Assembly: GCA_900765575.1 (NCBI GenBank)
Contig: CAAFRW010000234.1
Span: 1 to 55,699 of the forward strand
DNA: 55,699 nucleotides
Source: Bacteroidaceae bacterium
GTDB taxonomy: Bacteria > Bacteroidota > Bacteroidia > Bacteroidales > Bacteroidaceae
Direction: 5' to 3'
Every line of letters begins with the position of its first letter. Within the stretch, counting starts at the first letter, position 1. Both the position numbers and the translations under genes were made by a program. Shown here piece by piece: positions 1 through 11,120 of the stretch. The notes under the pieces were generated by a model, which was not told where the DNA came from, did no database searches, and saw nothing but the letters and a program-made list of their open reading frames with translations.

Positions 1-60
1 AGAAAGCGATGAGTTTCATATCAGTATACTTCGTTCTTCATTCCGCTTCTTATTCACTTC

Positions 61-97
61 TTTCATTTTCAATTTTCAACTTTCCATTTTCAATTAA
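61..97 (-). repeat. Heptamer-type tandem repeat (aattgaa/aatggaa family) just downstream of the GH31 stop
   Basis: Reverse complement reads ttaattgaaaatggaaagttgaaaattgaaaatgaaa, closely matching the array after purD (43408-43543). Confidence 0.7.
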
Positions 98-105
98 ATA
101 ACTAA

Positions 106-2487
106 TCATCGGACAGCGAGCTCCAGCTCCTTCCGGTTATCACCTGCCGTCTTTACGTATAAACGCTTGTGTGTTTCATCGTAGAACCAGCCTACCTGCG
201 TTTCCGTTTCCTCTACCGACGAAAGTTGAGGCAGCGGTTTACCGTTTTCCGTTACACGCTGAGGAGATTTCAGCAAATATGCTTTTACACGGTAAGTATG
301 ACGGGCAGGTTCGTATTTCCCTACCGGACGAGAAGCTGTAAATGTCCACTCGTCGCTCTTCAATACACTGGTAAAACGGGTCAATGCAGACACCTCCTTC
401 TCATAATCCATCGATATGCCATCGTCCTCATACAACTCAAACGAAGAGGTTCCGGAAGGATAAACATCCAGCGTCAACACCTCCACAGGATGTTCGTCTA
501 CCCACTGCATGGCCGGTTGCATAGGAATTATAGCGCCGGCTTTGATGTAGATAGGAAGCACGTCTAATGGAGTAAGGAAAGATTTATACTGACGTCCCTC
601 ATACCGTTCGCCGGTCTCATAATCGAACCATTCGCCGCCGGGGAAATAGACATGCTGGCTCAAAGCGCCTTTCGTCGTAACGGGACAAACCATCATCCAA
701 GGGCCAAACATATATTGCCGGCTCAGTTGATAGGTATTTTCATCCTGCGGATAATCCATCACCAACGGAGTCATCATCGGACGAGCCGTTTTGTGCAACT
801 GGTACGCATTGCTATAAATCTAAGGTATCAGCTCATAACGTAAACGGTCGTACTTTATGAAGTTAGCCAATGCTTCCGGACCATATGTCCACGGTTCATG
901 GTAACGGGGATGGTCCATACCGAACACCATCGCAATAGGAGAAAACATGCCGAACTGCACCCAACGGGTATAAAGTTCCGTATCATACGGAGAATACTGT
1001 TCGAAACCGCCCATGCAATGTGTCCAATTGCCCACACCGCTCATGCCGATATTCAATCCGGCACGTATTACCGGCTCAAACCATTGCCATTCGCTGCCCC
1101 AGTCGCCTGCCCAGATATAGGGGTAACGCTGAATGCCGGCATAGCCCTCACGGGTATGAGTCAAGCCTCTCATATTATTATATTCCTGGAATTTGCGATA
1201 CGGCGCTTCGGCATACGCCAACGGATAAATATTATGAAGTTCTTTCAGATTCATCGTTCCGCCTACATCGGTCTTCACAAACTTGGCTCCGATGGAAGCA
1301 ACCTTCATCACACCGTTGTTCCACCACCAGTCTACCGCTTCCGGTTTAAAGAAGTCCACCAAGCCTTCATACCGGGCTCCCGGATAGAGCACATTCCCCT
1401 GTTCCCGAGCCTTGTCCAATAGCTGATAAGCCGGACCGTTATCGAGAATAGAACGGATATGAAGCCCCACCATCTGTACATGCTGCGCATAGCAGCTATC
1501 GAACATCGCCTTCGGATTCTTAAATGTTTCACGCCATTCAAAACAGCAACCGCCGTTACCAAAAGTAGTAAACAGTCGCCAAGTGGAATCCAACCAAAGA
1601 ATATCAAAAGGAACTCCTTCTTCACGCAAGCGTTTACACAGGGCGGGAGGATATTTGTCGGAAGTCATCTGTTCGTTCTTCCACGTACCTCCGGCATAAG
1701 TTCCTACATGCAATCCCATGGCAAAACGGGGAAGCATCGGCGATTTTCCCGTCAAATCCGTATAGCGGTCAATCATTGTATAAAAGTCAGGGCCATAGAT
1801 AAAGTAATAATCCAAATCACCTCCATACGCCTTAAACGAGTAAGAGTCGCGGTTATCCCAACCCATATCCCACTCCGTGGCAAACGGAGTATGGAAGAAG
1901 ATGCCATATCCTTTGGTACTCATCATAAAAGGTACCGGACAATAATTGGCACGCAAAATGTCTTTTCCTCCTACAGCCGGCTTCGCTCCCCGTCCTAGCT
2001 CTACGTTCAGATAGACTTTACGTCCTCGCTGGTCCATAAAATCCATACGTTCTCCAAAGCCGAAGAAATGCTCGTCCGGTTGCAACACCGCCTTTGTTTT
2101 CACGGAATCTTCATACACACGCTGTTCTTCCAATTCCTTATATAACACCTGACCCTGCTTATCCGAAACCGTCAGCCCAAAAGGATGCTTCTTAGCGCTA
2201 ACAACTAACTTACCGGTAGTGATAAGCCACTCGCCCCCGCGCTCTTCCACCTGATAATTGACCGGTGAGAAATTGTATTGACGAACCATCCATTGTTCAT
2301 TTTCGGGAAACTCCGTCTTTCTACTATACCGTACACGGAACATATCCTCTGTACAGAATTCCAATTTTACCTTTCCTTCGGGTAATGTTAACAACAAATT
2401 GTTTCCTTGCTTTTGGAAAGAAAGTTCTACAGCCCCCATTTCCAGGCCATACAAACATAAAAAGAGATAGAATATGAGCTTTTTCAT
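106..2487 (-). pseudogene. GH31 alpha-glycosidase (alpha-xylosidase/glucosidase-like), interrupted by one in-frame TAG at 820-822
   Basis: ORFs 820..2487 and 106..798 are in the same frame and read RYELIP*IYSNAYQLHKTARPMM; signal peptide, FFGFGE, KTDVGG nucleophile region, WAGDW acid/base motif, ELYTRWVQFG, C-terminal LYEDDG. Confidence 0.88.
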
Positions 2488-2928
2488 AGTATATAAATAT
2501 ATCGTTTGCTTAGCTATTAGAATCTAAAAAAGGTAACAATAAAGGCATTCAATCATAATGCTCAACATACGTTTAAAACAGAGTTTACCCTCTATTTCCG
2601 GGCTAAAGTTACTGAAATTTATTGTTTCACATATATTTCGGTCTGTAATTTATTCCACCTCTAAGATTTCTAATATTCCCAAATGTCCCCGTTTCAGATT
2701 CCTGGAAAAATCTTTTTTCCCCTTTTCTCTAACAATATTCTTTCACAGAATGTAAAGTTGTCGACAACTCCTCCTTCCCTTTTCCATCCCAACCCCGTCA
2801 GGAAATCATACGTCAAGAAAACAGCCCGAATTAATACTATTTATATCCCTTTAAAGCAAAAGAATCAAAGATATATCTTATTTTAGCCAAAATAAAAGTC
2901 TAAGACTACAACTAAAACCACCAAGCGT

Positions 2929-3450
2929 ATGAAAACAATTAAAATTAGTTGGATAGCGCTCACTTGTCTGTTCAGCCTACTTGCTACGCTACCGGCATGG
3001 GCTCAAAACCGGGAAGAAAAAAAAGCGCATACGGAACGTAAAGTAAACAAAACCATCCATGCAAAACAGTACAAAATCAATGTGGACTATATGTACCCGC
3101 AACGTGGAGGCGGACGAACGGTAACTTCCAACTACTCCATCGAAGTGCGGAACGACTCTCTCTTTTCCTATCTTCCCTATTTCGGTGTAGCTCACCGTGC
3201 TCCTTATGGTGGCGGTAAAGGCTTGGTATTCGATGCACCGATAAACAAATATGAAGCGAAAAAGGACAAAAAAGGGCGAATCAAAATAGAATTGGCTGTG
3301 CGCAACGAAGAAGATAGCTATACATACCATATTACTCTCTATTCGAACGGTTCGGCGAATATAGATGTTCAACCCAACAACAAAGACCAAATTACCTTCT
3401 CAGGGAAATTGGATGTGGAAGAACCGAAAAAAGAAACAAATAAACGATAA
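2929..3450 (+). CDS. Exported DUF4251-like protein
   Basis: 173 aa, signal peptide ending AWA|Q, SYLPYFG and PYGGGKG motifs typical of DUF4251. Confidence 0.8.
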   Translation: MKTIKISWIALTCLFSLLATLPAWAQNREEKKAHTERKVNKTIHAKQYKINVDYMYPQRGGGRTVTSNYSIEVRNDSLFSYLPYFGVAHRAPYGGGKGLVFDAPINKYEAKKDKKGRIKIELAVRNEEDSYTYHITLYSNGSANIDVQPNNKDQITFSGKLDVEEPKKETNKR

Positions 3451-3504
3451 AAAGGATACCAAGCCAGAAGATATTCCTATCATCAAGGCTTTATAAGCAG
3501 GAAA

Positions 3505-3547
3505 AAGCCCTTTCTTCTCTCCGTACCAATGAGAGAAGAAAGGGCTT
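3505..3547. terminator. Probable bidirectional intrinsic terminator
   Basis: Perfect 17-bp inverted repeat aagccctttcttctctc / gagagaagaaagggctt with a 9-nt loop, between convergent genes. Confidence 0.8.
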
Positions 3548-3716
3548 CTTAATCGATTTATTTTATAGTTCGTTATTTTTTCCTGCACATTTTACATCTT
3601 CAAGACTCCTTTCACATCCTCTAAAAAACATCCTCGAACAAAGTCATAATAAAGATTTGCCTTATCAACATACACATTTTCCGTCTTCAATCTTATGAGT
3701 TCCTATATAAAAGATA

Positions 3717-5207
3717 CTATTTCAACAACTTATCCAAAAGATTAGGATGCGAACCCATCAAATTAGAAGGACGAACGGTATTGTACTCCGCTATTTTCCC
3801 GTCCTTATCAATCAGCACATAAAACGGGAAAAAGTTTATATTATAGGGAGCTAGACCTCCATCTTTAGTAGATTGAGCGTGAAGCAACACCCCTTTCAAG
3901 GCATATTTTTCAAGCATCTCTTTCCATCTTGTGTCCGAACTTCCCACACAAATATAAACATAAGCTATCTGATTTTTATAAGCTTCATACTTTTGATGTA
4001 AAGCATCCTGAAGACCAAACTCAGAGATGCAGGGACCACATCCATCACTCCAAAAATCAATATACACCACTTTACCTTTCAAATCACTTAAAGAAACAGC
4101 CTCTCCCTTTTCATTCCTCAATGTGAAGTCCGGAGCCGGTTGTCCCTTTCCCATTACCCCGAAATAAAGCTCCATGTCCTCTTTTATAGACTTTAAAGCC
4201 AAGGGTTCGGAAAGCGCAGTTTGTAACTCCTTACCTAGAGTTTCAGAAACTTTGTCCGCTTTCAATTTGCCAGAACCTAAAGCATCTCTAAATTCTACAG
4301 ATAAGAACCAATCACACAAACTTTTATTGGGAATAGCTGCTTGAGCAATTTTCATTTTCCGATGAAAGAGAAGAGCGGGGTCCTGCTCTGTCCACAAATT
4401 AAGTAACCTGTTTATTTTCGGAGAAAAATAAAATTGCATAAATTTAAGTGCGGTATTTGATTGAAAAGGATTAAATTCAGGATTACGAAACAAAGGCATA
4501 CGTTCCCTCTTTTCACCGATAAAACAAGATAAACCCGGTGCCGTATATAATAAATCAGATAATAATTCCGAGTCATCAGCTACCCACATCAGACCTGTAA
4601 AGTACCCTCGATAAAGAAAATAATCTTCATGCGGAATAGTACCGTTTACCGCAACAAAATCTTGCACAGCTGTACGATAATTCGTTACGTAAGCTCTAAT
4701 TTTAGCAAGCATAACACTATCGGCTCCGGGTTTCTTTCCAGCCATATCCCAAGAAGCAATTTGTAGATTTAAACCATCTCTCCTGAACTTCCGATATAGC
4801 TCTAAAGAGAGTTCGTGTTCCCTTGTCCGTTCTGGGGTAGAAGCCGAAAGATGAACAGAAGCCGGACAATTCTTACAGTCGAAAGTTAGCTGCAAAGTAT
4901 CACCCGGATAACTGAAAACAGTAACCGCATCTCCCAAATAAAGATAAATATCCTGCATACCTATAATAGGTATAGTCTTCTGAAAACTCCCGTCCTTCTG
5001 CAAAAGGATTTCATATGATTTGTTTCCAAAAGGGTCGCAAACAGCCAGTCTAAAGCTCTTGTTCTTCTCGGAAACATTCCGGGCATTTCCCTGAATAACA
5101 AAAGTTCCTGACTTCGGAAGAGTATATTCTTCCTTCTTTTGGGCATTATTCGGTAACAAAACGCACCAACAGAATCCCAATAAAAAATAAAGTTTCATGT
5201 TTCTCAT
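3717..5207 (-). CDS. TlpA-family thiol-disulfide oxidoreductase, exported
   Basis: Signal peptide; C-terminal APDFTL...LSDLKGKVVYIDFWSDGCGPC thioredoxin-like domain and FPFYVLIDKDGKI. Confidence 0.88.
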   Translation of the reverse strand: MRNMKLYFLLGFCWCVLLPNNAQKKEEYTLPKSGTFVIQGNARNVSEKNKSFRLAVCDPFGNKSYEILLQKDGSFQKTIPIIGMQDIYLYLGDAVTVFSYPGDTLQLTFDCKNCPASVHLSASTPERTREHELSLELYRKFRRDGLNLQIASWDMAGKKPGADSVMLAKIRAYVTNYRTAVQDFVAVNGTIPHEDYFLYRGYFTGLMWVADDSELLSDLLYTAPGLSCFIGEKRERMPLFRNPEFNPFQSNTALKFMQFYFSPKINRLLNLWTEQDPALLFHRKMKIAQAAIPNKSLCDWFLSVEFRDALGSGKLKADKVSETLGKELQTALSEPLALKSIKEDMELYFGVMGKGQPAPDFTLRNEKGEAVSLSDLKGKVVYIDFWSDGCGPCISEFGLQDALHQKYEAYKNQIAYVYICVGSSDTRWKEMLEKYALKGVLLHAQSTKDGGLAPYNINFFPFYVLIDKDGKIAEYNTVRPSNLMGSHPNLLDKLLK

Positions 5208-5218
5208 AATTCAAGTAT

Positions 5219-7618
5219 TTAGTCAAGCTCTTTTAAATCCCGTACGGGTAATAATACATTGTAAATCTGCTCCATAATCTGTTCCTGTTTTATGCGGAAT
5301 TTGGAGTTTAAGCGCATATCCAGCGAAGAATTTCCCCATGAAGCGGTATATGTTCCAGCCTCTACTATCCAAGCGGATTTTTGTTCATCGTATGAAGCTA
5401 AATCCGACAAAGTTATCGACAGGCATACCTCCTGACTCTCGCCAGGTGCTAAGAGGCGAGTCTTTGCAAAAGCTTTCAACTCTTTTTTCGGTTTTATCAT
5501 TGTTTTGCCGGGTGCCGTAATATAGAGCTGAATAACTTCTTTTCCTGCTACATTTCCGCAATTAGTTACCGTGCAGGAGAAAGTAAAGCCTTTCTCACCC
5601 AAAACAGACTTCGGTTTACTATACTTAAACTGGGTATAAGACAAGCCAAAACCAAAAGGATAAGATACGCCTACTTTATATTTATCGAAGAAACGATAGC
5701 CCACAAAAATACCTTCTTCATAACAGGTATAGTCTATATTGGGACGATTTACTCCCTTTGCACCGGTAAAGAATTCACGATAAATATCCACCGCTTCTTT
5801 ATCCTCCACTACAGGAAAATTCCGGGAAGATGCGGCGTCTTCATAATTCACAGGAAAAGTCATCGGCAATTTTCCAGACGGATTAACCTTACCCGCCAGG
5901 ATATCTGCAACCGAATTTCCACCTTCCTGCCCACCTTGCCATGCCACAAGAATCGCATCTATTTTATCTTTCCATGAAGCGGTTTCTATCACCCCACCGA
6001 TATTCAGAATAACGATGACCTTCTTACCTGCCTGATGAAAGATGCGGGAAACATTGTCTAACACTTCCCGTTCATCAGGACAAAGTTCAAAGTCATTCCT
6101 CACTTTTCTATCTGTATATTCACCCGCATTACGTCCGATAGTAATCATGGCTACGTCGGATTCTTCGGCTTCCTTCCGAATTAACTCTTCGGATAGAGCA
6201 TACTCAGCCATACGAGGCGGAGTAACATGATTATATTTCTTCCAATCAATTTTAGCTTCTTCTGCATGAATATAATCCAAATAATGTTGCTTCAAACTTT
6301 TATCAAGTAAAAAGCCTGCATTGGCGAGTCCTTGTTCCAAAGAGATAGAATAAGCTTCCTGTACATCCCCACTACCTGTACCACCCGTTATAAACCGGTA
6401 CGACGTATTTCCAAAAACAGCAATCCGTTTCAGTTTCGATGACAAAGGCAATGTTTCTTTCTCATTTTTCAATAGAATCATACCTTCGGCCGCAGCTTGT
6501 CTGGTAACCAAAGCATGCGCCTTCAAATCCGGTCGGTCCGAATAAAGATACCCTTTAAACCGAGGCGTACGTAATATCAGCTCCAACACACGTTTTACGT
6601 TACGGTCGACATCAGACATGGATAATCGACCAGAAGCCAAAGCATTACGGATTGCTTCCTGCTGGCGAATTTTGCCAGGCATTAACAAGTCATTTCCTGC
6701 TTTAACCTGTTCCACAGCATCCCTTCCACCAAACCAATCGGACACTACCATCCCTTTGTATCCCCATTCCTTACGCAAGATAGTAGTCAGTAAATCATAA
6801 CTCTCCGAAGTATATACCCCATTTATTTTATTGTATGATGACATTACCGTCCAAGGGTCGGCTTCTTTTACTACCATTTCAAAACCTCTCAGATAAAGCT
6901 CGCGTAAAGCTCTTGGAGAAAGCACAGCATCGTTAGCTATCCGATTTGTTTCCTGATTGTTTACGGCAAAATGTTTCACAGAAGTTCCTACTCCGTTTTC
7001 CTGTATTCCTTTTACCATTGCAACAGCTATTTTACCTGTCAAGTAGGGGTCTTCCGAATAATATTCAAAGTTCCTACCACACAATGGGTTGCGATGGATA
7101 TTCAGAGCCGGTGCCAACAGGACATCACAACCATATTCAAGCACCTCATTGCCCATAGCGTTTCCCACTTGTTGTACCAAATTCGTATTCCAAGTAGAAG
7201 CTAACAAAGTAGCCACGGGAAAAGCCGTACAATAATAAGTTTTATCACTCTTGTCCCTACGGGAATCAATACGTAATCCAGCCGGTCCGTCGGCCATAAC
7301 GATAGCCGGAATACCAAGACGCGGAATCGGATAGGTAGTACCGGCTGCACCGGGTACAATTTTATCCGTTTCACCTATTGCTACCAATAAATCTTCAGTT
7401 ACTTCCCCAGCTCCGGTTAATAGACGAATCTTTTCATCCGTGGTCATGGCTTTAACCACAGCCTCAACAGACGATTTACCTAGTAGAGGGAGTTCCTCAG
7501 CTTTCAATATAATAGAAACAAAAAATAGAAATAGGAAAAAGTAGACTTTTATCAAACTTTCTATCAATAGACATCTTCTTTTCATAGTGTTATTTATTAC
7601 AGGCCATTTTAATTCCAT
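5219..7618 (-). CDS. Glycoside hydrolase family 3 beta-glucosidase (true start possibly 7585)
   Basis: ADGPAGLR, GRNFEYYSEDP, KHF, VVSDW nucleophile motif, YPFGFGLSYT and a C-terminal Fn3-like region. Confidence 0.93.
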   Translation of the reverse strand: MELKWPVINNTMKRRCLLIESLIKVYFFLFLFFVSIILKAEELPLLGKSSVEAVVKAMTTDEKIRLLTGAGEVTEDLLVAIGETDKIVPGAAGTTYPIPRLGIPAIVMADGPAGLRIDSRRDKSDKTYYCTAFPVATLLASTWNTNLVQQVGNAMGNEVLEYGCDVLLAPALNIHRNPLCGRNFEYYSEDPYLTGKIAVAMVKGIQENGVGTSVKHFAVNNQETNRIANDAVLSPRALRELYLRGFEMVVKEADPWTVMSSYNKINGVYTSESYDLLTTILRKEWGYKGMVVSDWFGGRDAVEQVKAGNDLLMPGKIRQQEAIRNALASGRLSMSDVDRNVKRVLELILRTPRFKGYLYSDRPDLKAHALVTRQAAAEGMILLKNEKETLPLSSKLKRIAVFGNTSYRFITGGTGSGDVQEAYSISLEQGLANAGFLLDKSLKQHYLDYIHAEEAKIDWKKYNHVTPPRMAEYALSEELIRKEAEESDVAMITIGRNAGEYTDRKVRNDFELCPDEREVLDNVSRIFHQAGKKVIVILNIGGVIETASWKDKIDAILVAWQGGQEGGNSVADILAGKVNPSGKLPMTFPVNYEDAASSRNFPVVEDKEAVDIYREFFTGAKGVNRPNIDYTCYEEGIFVGYRFFDKYKVGVSYPFGFGLSYTQFKYSKPKSVLGEKGFTFSCTVTNCGNVAGKEVIQLYITAPGKTMIKPKKELKAFAKTRLLAPGESQEVCLSITLSDLASYDEQKSAWIVEAGTYTASWGNSSLDMRLNSKFRIKQEQIMEQIYNVLLPVRDLKELD

Positions 7619-7640
7619 TAATTCATATCCAAATTAAAGC

Positions 7641-7685
7641 AAAGAGGATGTGTCGCTGAAAAACTCACCGGAACACATCCTCTTT
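7641..7685 (-). terminator. Stem-loop between the lipoprotein gene and GH3 (terminator or mRNA-stabilising hairpin)
   Basis: 13-bp arms aaagaggatgtgt / acacatcctcttt with a 19-nt loop; T-rich tail on the minus strand. Confidence 0.55.
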
Positions 7686-7709
7686 TATCAAAACAAGAGA
7701 GAGAATATC

Positions 7710-8714
7710 TTACTTAATATAAGGATTACCATATAAATAATCCCGTAAAGGAGACAACCACGAGAAGTTTCCGTTTCCGGCCTCGTACGTAACGCGCATC
7801 ACATTACCATTACCTTCATTTATCTCCGTTACATTGCCATTGCCATCCCAAGCATAGGTACATATATTTCCCTTTTCATCCTGAATGGAAGATAACGTTC
7901 CGTTTGTCCAGACAAAATGTCTTTTCACACCATGTTCTCCAGTTATATCCTCAATGCTATCTCCATTGCGTTGAATCACATATCGGTCATAACTCTTAAA
8001 ACTATCTCCACTTTCCGCCTCCATCAAGAGAATGTCCGTCAAATACTTTTTATTATAGACATATTCATCCTTATATAAAGAACGGGTATAGATTTCAGCA
8101 TCTTTCCTATCAAAAACATCATAGAATTCACGGCAAGCGCAAATACGACCTTCCTCATCATATTCGTATACATCCGTAATCTTATAATTTTTCAAATAGG
8201 TATAATCAAAGTCATCTCCTACTCCATTATTTTCTCTGGGAACATAATAAATAGCCGTTTGGCGCACCACCCGTCCATCTCTATAAAGGTCCACCACCAT
8301 ATTCAATAAAGTCTGAGCACTTTTAGGAATACTGTCTTTCAATGAATAATTATTGGCACCATACGTCTTTTTCAGTCTATCATCCAATCGTTGAATAGAG
8401 TCTGCATCAATAGACGGCACATAATCTTCTATATAAAATGAATATTTAATATCTGAGATTCGAGATATCCTTATACGCCCCACCGTATCTCCCTCATTAT
8501 CCAGCCGGACACACGATTCAAGCTTTTCATTTTTATATTCCATTTTCAATGTATAGTCACCCCAATGCGGATTTTTCCCTTCAATCTGAGTGGCCCGATA
8601 CATATTCTTTTCCGGCACAAAAGTTTTTTCTTGCGCCATATTCATTTCAGCATCCTTTGTGCAAGAAGCCAAAACAATAAAAGACAGCACTGTAATAATT
8701 ATATTCTTCTTCAT
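7710..8714 (-). CDS. Hypothetical lipoprotein
   Basis: 334 aa, lipobox LASC followed by acidic residues; Tyr/Asp-rich beta-hairpin-like C-terminus. Confidence 0.75.
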   Translation of the reverse strand: MKKNIIITVLSFIVLASCTKDAEMNMAQEKTFVPEKNMYRATQIEGKNPHWGDYTLKMEYKNEKLESCVRLDNEGDTVGRIRISRISDIKYSFYIEDYVPSIDADSIQRLDDRLKKTYGANNYSLKDSIPKSAQTLLNMVVDLYRDGRVVRQTAIYYVPRENNGVGDDFDYTYLKNYKITDVYEYDEEGRICACREFYDVFDRKDAEIYTRSLYKDEYVYNKKYLTDILLMEAESGDSFKSYDRYVIQRNGDSIEDITGEHGVKRHFVWTNGTLSSIQDEKGNICTYAWDGNGNVTEINEGNGNVMRVTYEAGNGNFSWLSPLRDYLYGNPYIK

Positions 8715-8725
8715 AAAGTTCTTAT

Positions 8726-10324
8726 TTAAAATGCATCTTGAATATTAATTGCAGTAATTCTTCCAAAACCACCAAATGCTCCATGCTTTTTCGTATCTTT
8801 TTCCAAAGTACCTGTTCCTACTGTAGCGATGGCAACAGTACGTACCGTTCCTTCTTTCTTCGTCTCATTCCATGTGGTTAAAACAAGCATACGGTTGCTT
8901 GAAGAAGTGGATAACACAGGAGTATCACTGCTCGGATTCGGATTGGTATAGTCCACTTTTCCCTGATATTTTTTCCATATCATCATAGATGTAATGACTT
9001 CGTTATCGGGAGCTTCATATTGTTTCGTTACAATAACCGGGTCTACAGCTAAGTTGACAGAATAAATACTGTTAGAGGAAGCATAATAAATCACATCCTG
9101 AGTTTCCGAACCGTCAAAGAATTGAGCTGTTTCAATACCTGGCAAACTACTTAAATCGTTCACTTTCAGAGGCCAACCATTTTGGCCCGCATTAGCATCA
9201 TACCATGGAACCCGTTTGGTAATATAAGAATAAATCTTTCCATTCGGTTTGGGTTCTCCTGTAGCTTCATCTTTCTCTTGCAGGATTGTATGCATCTGGT
9301 TGTTATCACCAGAGAACATAGTACGACAAGTAAATCCTTGCAATTTATTCCAATCAAATGGTTCGGCAGAAGTCAACTTATTACTATTGAATACATTCAA
9401 TTTACTAGCTAAATCAAATTCAAGCAAACGTCCGTTCTTCTCATCAAAGCCCAACGCATTATCCCAATCCGAACGATAGAATTTTTTTATATAATAATCC
9501 GACAGGTCCGTGGTTAACAAGTAATAAGAATAAACCTTATTGTTCTTCTGCATTCCACGAGGATAGATTTTTCCTGTGATGGCCAATAATTCATAACCAC
9601 TATTGGGTTCATAACCAATAGTTGACACGTTATATTTACCGGGGTCGATAACAAACATACTTCCATTGCCATCTATATAAGAATAATCAAACGGATCTAC
9701 CCGGTCTATCGTATGGTCGGTTCCAATTGTTAAGGAACGATTGATACCATAAATGGTAGAACGTACACTCGTTGCTACTCCTGCTATCTTCCGGTCGTTT
9801 ACCAACGAGAAGAGGTCGTACATAATAGTATCATTCTCTTTCTTATAGTTGCCGGTAAAGTTATAGGCCATAATTAAGGATACATCTGAAGTCTGTTCAT
9901 CACGTGTATCACATACCACCAAGCCACTTCCGAACGGACTTAATACCGTAACCTTAAAAGTAGCTTCCTGTACAATACCTGTTGTTTTATCAACTACCTG
10001 AAACAAGAGATTATATGGAAGACTTTCCGGCTTCGCAGTAATCACTTTTTTCAAAGTCATAGTTGTATCAAGTACTTCCGGTATTATGGTATTTCCTGAA
10101 AGTGTCCATTTATATGACAGGTTCGAATCATCAATGCCTTCTTTATAAACAATAGGCTTAATCTCCAACTCTTTGTATGCAAAGACTGAATAAGAGGTTT
10201 CTGCTCCTCCCATATCAATCACAATCGGATTGATTAATTTATAATTCAAAGAGGATTCATCCTCGTAACAACTACAAAGAGCTCCACAAACCAACGTAAT
10301 CAGTAATATAATTCGTGTTTTCAT
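8726..10324 (-). CDS. PKD-like family surface lipoprotein of a SusC/SusD cluster
   Basis: Start MKTRII at 10324, lipobox LCSC followed by YEDESSLNY, LSYKW motif; position after SusD and DUF4843. Confidence 0.75.
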   Translation of the reverse strand: MKTRIILLITLVCGALCSCYEDESSLNYKLINPIVIDMGGAETSYSVFAYKELEIKPIVYKEGIDDSNLSYKWTLSGNTIIPEVLDTTMTLKKVITAKPESLPYNLLFQVVDKTTGIVQEATFKVTVLSPFGSGLVVCDTRDEQTSDVSLIMAYNFTGNYKKENDTIMYDLFSLVNDRKIAGVATSVRSTIYGINRSLTIGTDHTIDRVDPFDYSYIDGNGSMFVIDPGKYNVSTIGYEPNSGYELLAITGKIYPRGMQKNNKVYSYYLLTTDLSDYYIKKFYRSDWDNALGFDEKNGRLLEFDLASKLNVFNSNKLTSAEPFDWNKLQGFTCRTMFSGDNNQMHTILQEKDEATGEPKPNGKIYSYITKRVPWYDANAGQNGWPLKVNDLSSLPGIETAQFFDGSETQDVIYYASSNSIYSVNLAVDPVIVTKQYEAPDNEVITSMMIWKKYQGKVDYTNPNPSSDTPVLSTSSSNRMLVLTTWNETKKEGTVRTVAIATVGTGTLEKDTKKHGAFGGFGRITAINIQDAF

Positions 10325-10350
10325 AAATTCTATATTTATCCAATTAAACA

Positions 10351-11118
10351 TTAAGGCATCGTTACTGCTTGCCCTTTATAGTCCCCATCCTCATGTCTTA
10401 ACGGTTCACCCGGATGGCTGTTATTATAATCGGTCAATGCAACCTTTACCAGCGCTGCATAAGCCCTCATTTCAACATAAGTCATCGTCCAACGTTCCGG
10501 GTCAGGATTATTAGCATCTGCACTTCCATTCGTGCTCCAATAAGGGAGAGAAGAAAGCCCTGTAGCTTGCAATATAAAAGTATACCACGAGTTTGAATAA
10601 TTACCAAACGAACTTCTCAAACGGCTCCAGTTAGCCGGCTGTGTAAACTTATTAGTAATAGACAGTGAATAAGTTAACTGATTTAAATCCACAACCGGAA
10701 AATACTCATTAGCATTAATTTTGAAACGAACTACATAGATAGAATCATCCAAAGCTTCCGAATAATTCACTTGCACTTGTACTTGACCGGAATATTCATT
10801 AGCCGGAATACTTCCTCCTAATATTTTATACATATGACTTTCTGCCGTAATCAAAGTATCCCCCAAAGCAACTTCCATATTTACCGGTCTATCATAATCT
10901 ACTGCTGTTCCCGTAATCAATACCGGAATATTAACCGTATCAGCTCCCCATTCTATGTTTGCCACATTCTCAATAAAATTATAAGTAGTGTTACTACTAT
11001 TAAAATAAATGCCCGGAGCCTCTTCATACAGCATTATTTCATCTTTCTGACAGGCAGTCAAAAAGAACAGACAGGCACATATTCCTAAAACTGTATATTT
11101 CTTCTTCATATCGTTCAT
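10351..11118 (-). CDS. DUF4843-like lipoprotein
   Basis: Lipobox LTAC-QKDEIMLYE, QPANW...FGNYS motif, immediately after susD. Confidence 0.75.
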   Translation of the reverse strand: MNDMKKKYTVLGICACLFFLTACQKDEIMLYEEAPGIYFNSSNTTYNFIENVANIEWGADTVNIPVLITGTAVDYDRPVNMEVALGDTLITAESHMYKILGGSIPANEYSGQVQVQVNYSEALDDSIYVVRFKINANEYFPVVDLNQLTYSLSITNKFTQPANWSRLRSSFGNYSNSWYTFILQATGLSSLPYWSTNGSADANNPDPERWTMTYVEMRAYAALVKVALTDYNNSHPGEPLRHEDGDYKGQAVTMP

Positions 11119-11120
11119 TC

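Noticed and set aside
1..19. Possible start of the next minus-strand gene (MKLIAF...)
   Set aside because: Only six codons are visible; plausible but not supportable
820..822. Genome-wide TAG recoding or pyrrolysine
   Set aside because: TAG terminates intact genes here (purD, S9 peptidase, both CHAT genes), there is only one internal TAG, and no pyl genes are seen
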